A DNA stretch of 13,499 nt from Candidatus Eiseniibacteriota bacterium (lineage in GTDB: Bacteria; Arandabacterota; Arandabacteria; Arandabacterales; Arandabacteraceae). Both the position numbers and the translations under genes were made by a program. Below are positions 7,809 through 13,499 of this stretch, piece by piece; within the stretch, counting starts at the first letter, position 1, and the number at the start of each line of letters is the position of its first letter. The stretch covers positions 1 to 13,499 of the forward strand of contig JBDRNT010000134.1 in assembly GCA_043810925.1 (NCBI GenBank), read 5' to 3'. A model generated the notes under the pieces. That model saw only the letters and a list, made by a program, of their open reading frames with translations. It did not search any database and was not told the origin of the DNA.

Positions 7809-8819
7809 ATGAAGCCAGTTAGAGGTTTGTGCGTTCCTTCGATAGTCCTCCTGTTGCTAGTGGCAATATCGCTGGAGGTGCGAGCTACCGAGTGTGTCGG
7901 CGACTTCACCGATGACTTCGGGGATGGGGATTTCGCACCAGTATGGATTGGTTCCGGTTCGAGCTGCTCCAGCGCACAAGAGACAGGGGGTAGGGTTGTA
8001 CTGATAAAGGGCTATGGGTGCGGTACGGGTCCGCGAGCGTATATGGATATGGCTAATTACGTTGTGTGCGGGGATTTTGATGTGCGAGTAGACTTTGAGC
8101 TGATTGACTTCGCCACAGACCCTGGAACTTCGTGGTCAGATATTGCTGCGAGATTGATCATTTTCAACTCGTCTGGTTGGAAAGCCTGTGTGGAGCGATA
8201 CAACCGCACCGAGCGGCAGTGTTACATGCCTTCAGCCTCTACATACAAAGCGTGGACTACCGTTTCTAATAACTGCAGTCCTGAAGTCGGGTGGGCAGGG
8301 ACCAGCGATCAAACTGGAACATTCCGCATTACTCGAACAGGTTCGACGGTGAATCTGTTCTACTGGGACAAGATTATCGGCAGTTGGGGGCTTCTGAAGT
8401 CAGACACCATTACCGCGGACGATGTGGGCGTGCTGATATACATGGGTCCAGCAGCTGGTGGCTGCAACCACCGGCTTGAAGTTCAGTATGACAACATGTC
8501 TATAGAGTCCTATGATCCTGCCGGGGTTGCTGAGACTAACGCAATGCCGGCTACGACCGTATCCCCAAACCCGTTCAGGATAAGAACATCTGTATGCTAC
8601 GATCTTCCCGAGCCTGGGAAGGTAAGAATCGGGGTCTACGACATCAACGGGCGCTTGATCCGACTGCTTGTGGATTCGCCATTGGAGGAATCTGGACACC
8701 ATACGGTAGAATGGGACGGACAGAATCAACGTGGAGCCAGAGTGACTGCAGGAACCTACTTCTTTTGCATTAGGACTGATGGGGCGATCGAGACTCGGCC
8801 TCTGGTGATCGTTAGATAG
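7809..8819 (+). CDS. Secreted Cys-rich protein, probable ConA/LamG-like beta-sandwich plus FlgD-Ig/T9SS-type CTD
   Basis: 336 aa with SD taaggag and a signal peptide (..LLLLVAISLEVRA/T). Motifs FTDDF, GDFDVRVDF, FRITRTGSTV..YW and V.YDN..I suggest a jelly-roll. The CTD reads SPNPF..VYDINGRLIRLLV..WDGQNQRG..VTAGTYFF..LVIVR. Confidence 0.85.
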   Translation: MKPVRGLCVPSIVLLLLVAISLEVRATECVGDFTDDFGDGDFAPVWIGSGSSCSSAQETGGRVVLIKGYGCGTGPRAYMDMANYVVCGDFDVRVDFELIDFATDPGTSWSDIAARLIIFNSSGWKACVERYNRTERQCYMPSASTYKAWTTVSNNCSPEVGWAGTSDQTGTFRITRTGSTVNLFYWDKIIGSWGLLKSDTITADDVGVLIYMGPAAGGCNHRLEVQYDNMSIESYDPAGVAETNAMPATTVSPNPFRIRTSVCYDLPEPGKVRIGVYDINGRLIRLLVDSPLEESGHHTVEWDGQNQRGARVTAGTYFFCIRTDGAIETRPLVIVR

Positions 8820-8932
8820 TATCAAATGCCGTGGTGGGGCAGGTCAACTTCAACGACGATCGGGACTTCCCCGGTGATTATGTGCCAGTCGTGCCTGAGT
8901 AGTCATGATAGCAAAGTGAGTCTGAGTGATTT

Positions 8933-9217
8933 CGGAACCTGTCGATGAGAATGAGGCTCTTTCTTGCCGGAGTTTAGTGAGTAACACCGGCGATTTCCTC
9001 CTTGGTCTCTGAAACGACTTCCACAGATGCCCCAGGACAGACAATCTCGATCTCACGAGTGATTATCGGTCAGACCTTCTGCGATCTTTCTGACCGGTTT
9101 GTTGATCCACACCTCCCGGGGTAACTCAGCCGGCTTGGGCACCCCGCGCACGAACCGCTCGGGATGTCGACGATAGGCCTCGGTCAATACCTCGGCCCGA
9201 CGAGATCGCCTCGCCTC
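8933..9217 (-). mobile_element. IS3-family remnant: transposase C-terminus (9053-9217) and probable right terminus at 8933
   Basis: The minus strand reads EARRSRRAEVLTEAYRRHPERFVRGVPKPAELPREVWINKP..., a typical IS3 OrfB tail (HPERF..G.P....P..VWIN.P). Downstream ...cactaaac...ctcattctcatcgacaggttccg resembles, from recall, the terminus of this IS3 subgroup. Confidence 0.75.
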
Positions 9218-9291
9218 CTATGAGGCTATCGGAGTGCAGCCTAATTCAGCACCTTTTCGAGTCCCCTTTCATCTGATGCCGAGCACTGAGC
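9218..9291 (+). repeat. 74-bp direct repeat copy B, probable IS right end (CA at 9284-9285)
   Basis: ctatgaggctatcggagtgcagcctaattcagcaccttttcgagtcccctttcatctgatgccgagcactgagc, 63/74 identical to 340-413. Confidence 0.85.
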
Positions 9292-9407
9292 AATTCCGAA
9301 GACAATCAGAGAGCTTAATACAGCCCCGCTTTGCCCACCACGCGTCCACAAACCCGCACATAAGCTTCGGGGCCTGATGCGGCTGGTATCGGTCCCTCAC
9401 AACCGAC

Positions 9408-9436
9408 TTTACAACACCCAGTCTCACCTGTACTAT
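9408..9436 (+). promoter_or_regulatory. Candidate sigma70-type promoter for the TPR-CHAT gene
   Basis: TTTACA (9408-9413), 17-nt spacer, TACTAT (9431-9436), about 50 nt upstream of ATG 9488. Confidence 0.45.
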
Positions 9437-9487
9437 TGAACCCACGGCCTACATGGATCAGCTGATAAGATCCGCTCAGGTGCTGCG

Positions 9488-12400
9488 ATGACGAGTAGTG
9501 AGTCAAGGAAAACAAGATTGTCTCCGGCCACCCGCAAGGGTAGTTTGGCTTTCGTTTGCGGGCCGGTTCTGGCTCTTATCGTGTTCTTGCTCACTGCCCC
9601 GTGTGGCTTCGGGGCGGAACCCTGGGAGACTCTTGTCGGCAGGGCCGATTCGCTCTTCAAGCGGAATGCTACAGACTCGGCACTCACTCAGGGTTGCGAA
9701 GCTCTCGAAAGAGTCGAAGCCGATTCGGGTTTGAAGCATGTGGCGGTGGCGAAGGTAGTCGATCGCCTGGCGGTGTACAGCGAGACTGCTCACTACTACG
9801 AAGATGCTGTTTCCTATCAATTACGCGCCCTCAGGATAAGGGAGACAGCTCTTGGTTCTGACCATCTGGATGTAGCCAAGAGCCTGGACACACTTGCCAG
9901 GCTCTATCACCATCTTGGCAGATACTCCGAGGCTGAGCCTCTCCATCTGCGTTCAATGGAGATCAAGAAGAAGCAACTGCCCGCAGACCATAACTTTATC
10001 GCGGATACCATGTCCGATCTGGCAATTGTCTTCGTCTTCCAGGGAAAATACTCGGAGGCTGAACCTCTTCTCGAGCATGCACTGACCATCCGGCAGAGTA
10101 ACTTGGGATCCGACCATCCTGTTGTCGTGCAAAGCCTCATTAACCTTGGAAGCGCTCTGTACAAACAGGGCAAGTATCGCAGAGCTGAGCAGCTCTACCT
10201 CCAAAGCCTTGACACTCTTAACAAGAGCGTCCCGGCCGACGATCCGCTTCAAGTGCTATGTCGGGTTAACCTCGCAAACACCTATAGAGACCAGGGGCGC
10301 TATGCCGAGGCATACCCGTTGTATGAGTACGCACTACATGTACATGAGAGGACCGGGACAACTAGGAGCCGCGAGGTTTCTGAGATCTATCTACATATGG
10401 GGATCCTCTATTACTACCTCGGTCTGTACTCAGAAGCTGTTGCGGCCGTCCGCAATGCCCTCGACACTGCCGAGGACCTTTTTGGGCCCGATAACCTGCT
10501 TGTGGGCTGGCTAGCCAACAACCTTGCGGTGGTGCACGCAGAGCAGGGTGATTATGTCCAGGCGGGCCTCCTCTGGGAGCGGGCTCTATCTATCAAGCGG
10601 AAGCTTCTGCCACAGGCGCATCCGGAAACGGCAACCACCATCTTCAATCTGGCTGTCATCAGGAGGAACGAGGGCAGGTATGCTGAATCTGAGGCCATGC
10701 ATGCCGAAGCCCTGACGATGAGGAAGGCAACGCTTCCGCCAACGCACCCCGACATTGCCCAGAGTCTCTTACACCTCGCCCAGCTGTGTCTTGATATGGG
10801 TGACCTGGTCCGCGCTGACTCACTCCTTGAAGTCGCTTTTGCAATACAGGAGGAGTCGGTCGGTGGGGATCACCCTGATGCGCTTGACACCCGTTTGCTG
10901 ATGTGTGAACTCCGGCTACTTGAGGGGAAACCCGACGAGGCGTTCGAGCTCGCGTCATACGCCGAGAACACGGCCCAAAGACTGTTTAAGGATAACGCAG
11001 TAGTCCTCACTGAGGATCAGACGTTCAAGAACTCCCGCTACTTGCATCGATCTATGGATCTTCTCATGACCAGCTTTGAGGAATGCATGTCCGATGATGA
11101 GCTCACACTTCGGCGGGTCGCTGATGCCGTGATTAACTGCAAGGGGCGGGCTTCCGACGAGGTCATGACACGGTGGAGATCGGTCGTCGAGGAAAGCGAT
11201 TCTGCAAGTCTGGCTTTGTTCGACCAACTCATCCGATCACGATCAGCTTTGTCCGATCTCTTGTTTGAACGTTCTGGGGACGCCGACGCCGATCTCACCA
11301 GGGCGAGAATAGATTCAATTCAGGCAGTCCTACAGGATTACGAAAGCGCACTCACTCAGAGCAGTGTCGACTTCAGGTTGAGGCGGGATTGGCAGGACGT
11401 TACTGTGGAAAGAGTCATGTCTTTGCTTCCAGAGGACGCAGTCCTCATAGAGTATTTCGGCTATGATCGTCTCGACTTCATCTCAGGTGTGACTGCGCCT
11501 CACTACGCAACTGTCGTGTTAGGTAGCCGCGGCCAGCCTTTCATTGGTGACATCGGGCCGGCGTCGGTCGTTGACTCCCTCGTTGAGGAATATCGGAAAC
11601 ATATGGCAGCGGTTTCCCGCGCGGACCACATGCCGGTGAGCCGGGACATGGAAGCATTTCGCCGGATCGGACGGGGGCTCTGTGACGCGATCATAGGCCC
11701 GCTTGAGGACAGGTTTCGAAGCGGTGATAGACTCTTCATAGCTGCGGACGGTAATCTGAATCTTGTGTCTTTCGCCAGCTTGGTGGATGACCACGGGAGG
11801 TTCCTCATCGAGAGTCACGCGATTCACTACGTCTCTGCAGCCAGGGACATCATCCGGTTGCGGTCAGATGAGGCTCCGGGAGTGGGGCTCCTCGCAGTTG
11901 GTGACCCGGACTTCTATGGTTCAGGTCCGGCGCTGACTCTCCGGTCAGGAGTAGACGCAGGTCCGGGCGGAGCATGGAACCTCCGCTCGGCGTTCGGTGA
12001 TTTCCGGGCGTTGAAGGCATCGCGTCTGGAGAAGACCGCAGAGGAAATTCGGAATATTGCGCAGCTCTGGGAGAATCAAGGAGACGAGCCCATCGATATT
12101 CTGACCTGGTCGACGGCTACGGAGGAAAACGTGAAGAGATTGGCGGCCGGCAAGAGATGTGTGCACCTGGCAACACACGGTTTCTATCTGAAGCCGAGCG
12201 GACGCGGCCAGCAAGTCAGCCGAGATCGGCTTCTGCCGGAACCCATGACAATTAACCCTTTACTGGCTTCGGGAGTCCTTCTTGCAGGTTCGAATCGAGA
12301 TGTGGGAAGAACGGTCAATAACGCGGAGGACGACGGGATTCTCACCGCATATGAGATAGCCGGTATAGACCTGAGGGGAGCTGATCTGGTAGTCCTGTCG

Positions 12401-12685
12401 GCTTGTGAGACCGGCCTCGGTGCGATATTGCATGGTGAGGGGGTCTATGGGCTTCGGCGAGCTTTCGAGTTGGCGGGTGCGCGCACTGTCGTGAGCTCTT
12501 TGTGGCCGGTTCCTGATGCAGCGGCAGCAGACATGATGAGTGCAATGTACGCCGTTTCAGAAGAGTCCATCGTGGATCGGCTGAGGCGCGCTCAACTGGA
12601 TCAGATAAGTCGGCTAAGGCGCGAAGGTCGCAACGCACATCCTTATGTGTGGGCGGCCTTCATCGCCACAGGCGACTGGAAGTAG
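9488..12685 (+). CDS. TPR-repeat CHAT-domain caspase-like cysteine peptidase with N-terminal signal/TM segment
   Basis: 1065 aa. A basic N-region is followed by hydrophobic VLALIVFLLTAPCGFGA. About ten 42-aa kinesin-light-chain-type TPRs follow (NL...Y..QG.Y.EA..L...AL.I). CHAT motifs are ADGNLNLVSFASL, VHLATHGF (His 12176-12178), LVVLSACETG (Cys 12404-12406), SLWPVPD and HPYVWAAF. Confidence 0.95.
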   Translation: MTSSESRKTRLSPATRKGSLAFVCGPVLALIVFLLTAPCGFGAEPWETLVGRADSLFKRNATDSALTQGCEALERVEADSGLKHVAVAKVVDRLAVYSETAHYYEDAVSYQLRALRIRETALGSDHLDVAKSLDTLARLYHHLGRYSEAEPLHLRSMEIKKKQLPADHNFIADTMSDLAIVFVFQGKYSEAEPLLEHALTIRQSNLGSDHPVVVQSLINLGSALYKQGKYRRAEQLYLQSLDTLNKSVPADDPLQVLCRVNLANTYRDQGRYAEAYPLYEYALHVHERTGTTRSREVSEIYLHMGILYYYLGLYSEAVAAVRNALDTAEDLFGPDNLLVGWLANNLAVVHAEQGDYVQAGLLWERALSIKRKLLPQAHPETATTIFNLAVIRRNEGRYAESEAMHAEALTMRKATLPPTHPDIAQSLLHLAQLCLDMGDLVRADSLLEVAFAIQEESVGGDHPDALDTRLLMCELRLLEGKPDEAFELASYAENTAQRLFKDNAVVLTEDQTFKNSRYLHRSMDLLMTSFEECMSDDELTLRRVADAVINCKGRASDEVMTRWRSVVEESDSASLALFDQLIRSRSALSDLLFERSGDADADLTRARIDSIQAVLQDYESALTQSSVDFRLRRDWQDVTVERVMSLLPEDAVLIEYFGYDRLDFISGVTAPHYATVVLGSRGQPFIGDIGPASVVDSLVEEYRKHMAAVSRADHMPVSRDMEAFRRIGRGLCDAIIGPLEDRFRSGDRLFIAADGNLNLVSFASLVDDHGRFLIESHAIHYVSAARDIIRLRSDEAPGVGLLAVGDPDFYGSGPALTLRSGVDAGPGGAWNLRSAFGDFRALKASRLEKTAEEIRNIAQLWENQGDEPIDILTWSTATEENVKRLAAGKRCVHLATHGFYLKPSGRGQQVSRDRLLPEPMTINPLLASGVLLAGSNRDVGRTVNNAEDDGILTAYEIAGIDLRGADLVVLSACETGLGAILHGEGVYGLRRAFELAGARTVVSSLWPVPDAAAADMMSAMYAVSEESIVDRLRRAQLDQISRLRREGRNAHPYVWAAFIATGDWK

Positions 12686-12726
12686 GCGCGGTTCGGATCG
12701 GTGATCGCGTTTCGGAGGATAGTGGT

Positions 12727-12752
12727 GAAAGAGGCGCCGGTAAAGGCGCCTC
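12727..12752 (-). terminator. Hairpin between convergent genes, probable terminator
   Basis: Perfect 8-bp stem gaggcgcc (12731-12738) / ggcgcctc (12745-12752), 6-nt loop, with a short UUUC tail on the minus strand. Confidence 0.5.
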
Positions 12753-12765
12753 CATCTACCCGGGA

Positions 12766-13149
12766 TCAGAGATCGTTGCTGCAAGAAAACTCCAGACGCT
12801 GGCACATCGCCAGATTGGGATGTCCTTCATAACATGCTGCTTCTCCGGTGTTGGAGAAGAGGAACTGAAAGGAATGCTGTCCGGCGGCCACAGTGCGACT
12901 TATTGAATGACCCGGAGAAATCGAGCCGATTCTCGATCCATCGAGGATAACGTCATACGTCGAGTGGCTGGATTTGTTAACGAAAGTCATCTCTGCCGTC
13001 CCGTAGTGCTCACATGCGCGGATCTCATCCTTATCTTTCTCCAGACCTGTGACATCTTCCTCACAGCCGATGACAGTCACGGCAGCAAGAGCCAAAGCAA
13101 GAAGGAAGCAAAGCGACTTGCCGCCCGTCAGAATCGACGGTGATCTCAT
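12766..13149 (-). CDS. Small lipoprotein (127 aa) with PEGA-like beta-sandwich and four additional Cys
   Basis: The likely start is ATG at 13149, preceded by GGAGGT, rather than 13194. It reads MRSPSILTGGKSLCFLLALALAAVTVIG-C (lipobox-like), then F.NKS..TYDVILDG..IG.I.PG......V.AG.H...F. Confidence 0.75.
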   Translation of the reverse strand: MRSPSILTGGKSLCFLLALALAAVTVIGCEEDVTGLEKDKDEIRACEHYGTAEMTFVNKSSHSTYDVILDGSRIGSISPGHSISRTVAAGQHSFQFLFSNTGEAACYEGHPNLAMCQRLEFSCSNDL

Positions 13150-13418
13150 CAGGACCACCTCCTCTCTCTCGCCCGGTGGCGAGGTTCTTATCAACGCTGT
13201 CTTAACTTGTTCTATCGTTCTAACGTTCGCGGGCGATTGATTTCGGAATCGCAGGCGTGTCTCTGATCTGCCCCAAGAATCCGGCCAGTTTGCTTTTCGG
13301 TTTTTCGAGAATCGTGCTTGCCCGAGGTCAGTGCTGGGACCGCAGAGTGTCTCGATCGGACGGTGTTCGGCTCTTAAGAGGATTGTTGGAAGTGCTGGAG
13401 TGCCCCGCCCCGTACTCG

Positions 13419-13457
13419 AAAGAAAAAGCCCCTGAACCTGTTACAGTTCAAGGGCTT
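13419..13457 (-). terminator. Rho-independent terminator downstream of the tRNA
   Basis: Minus strand AAGCCCUUGAAC-UGUAACAG-GUUCAGGGGCUU (12-bp stem with one G-U) followed by UUUCUUU, starting 5 nt after the CCA. Confidence 0.85.
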
Positions 13458-13461
13458 AGTT

Positions 13462-13499
13462 TGGTAGCGGGGGCTGGATTTGAACCAGCGACCTTTGGG
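13462..13499 (-). tRNA. tRNA 3' half, probably initiator tRNA-Met (truncated at window edge; anticodon not visible)
   Basis: The reverse complement cccaaaggtcgctggttcaaatccagcccccgctacca has a T-arm GCTGG-TTCAAAT-CCAGC and an encoded CCA. It closely parallels the tRNA-fMet 3' half (CCCGAAGGTC..GGTTCAAATCC..CCCCCGCAACCA). Confidence 0.88.

Noticed and set aside
7793..7811. taaggagagatataccATG resembles the T7/pET ribosome-binding leader (vector contamination?)
   Set aside because: The match is imperfect and no other vector sequence flanks it; it is simply a strong native SD.
8811..8817. GTTAGAT as an integron attC/attI core (GTTRRRY)
   Set aside because: It lies inside the CDS end, I found no paired RYYYAAC with an attC-like palindrome, and no integrase is present.
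8831..8846. gtggtggggcag shared with 562-573, and ggggcaggtca resembling an IS407-group terminus
   Set aside because: Only 11-12 nt of G-rich sequence, too short to support a call.
1465..12638. Numerous antisense and alternate-frame ORFs within the four long genes
   Set aside because: They are shadow ORFs of GC-rich coding sequence with no recognisable motifs; the repetitive ones mirror the FG-GAP and TPR repeats.
13150..13194. Longer N-terminus of the lipoprotein ORF (start 13194)
   Set aside because: ATG 13149 has a GGAGGT SD and gives a normal-length lipoprotein signal.
13184..13225. Short repeated TAGAAC/TAAGAC words on the minus strand upstream of the lipoprotein
   Set aside because: Spacing is irregular and the words are short; they cannot be distinguished from ordinary AT-richer promoter DNA.
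13364..13372. tgttcggct as a left inverted repeat matching the IS-like termini
   Set aside because: The match stops after about 8 nt and lacks the conserved TCAGA.

Overview
Accessory-looking bacterial region next to the 3' end of a minus-strand tRNA (initiator Met-like, cut by the window edge). Three large co-oriented secreted modular proteins occupy 1195-8819: (i) a 7x Asp-box/YCF48-like propeller with Ig-like repeats and an SdrD-B-like domain; (ii) a metzincin with PKD, ASH-like and 6x FG-GAP modules; (iii) a Cys-rich ConA-like domain. All three end in a FlgD-Ig/T9SS-type C-terminal domain. They are bracketed by two TPR-CHAT (caspase-like, clan CD) genes. The first is only a C-terminal tail at 2-142, missed by the ORF track. 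The second (9488-12685) is intact, with the His/Cys dyad and a probable signal peptide, and faces a convergent small Cys-rich lipoprotein. Both spacers beside the CHAT genes contain IS3-like debris, including a 74-bp direct repeat (340-413 and 9218-9291, 63/74 identical) that encloses the three secreted genes. No CRISPR array, integrase or intact transposase was seen. The CTD style suggests an FCB-related lineage (inference only). All domain calls come from motif recognition by eye, not database searches.
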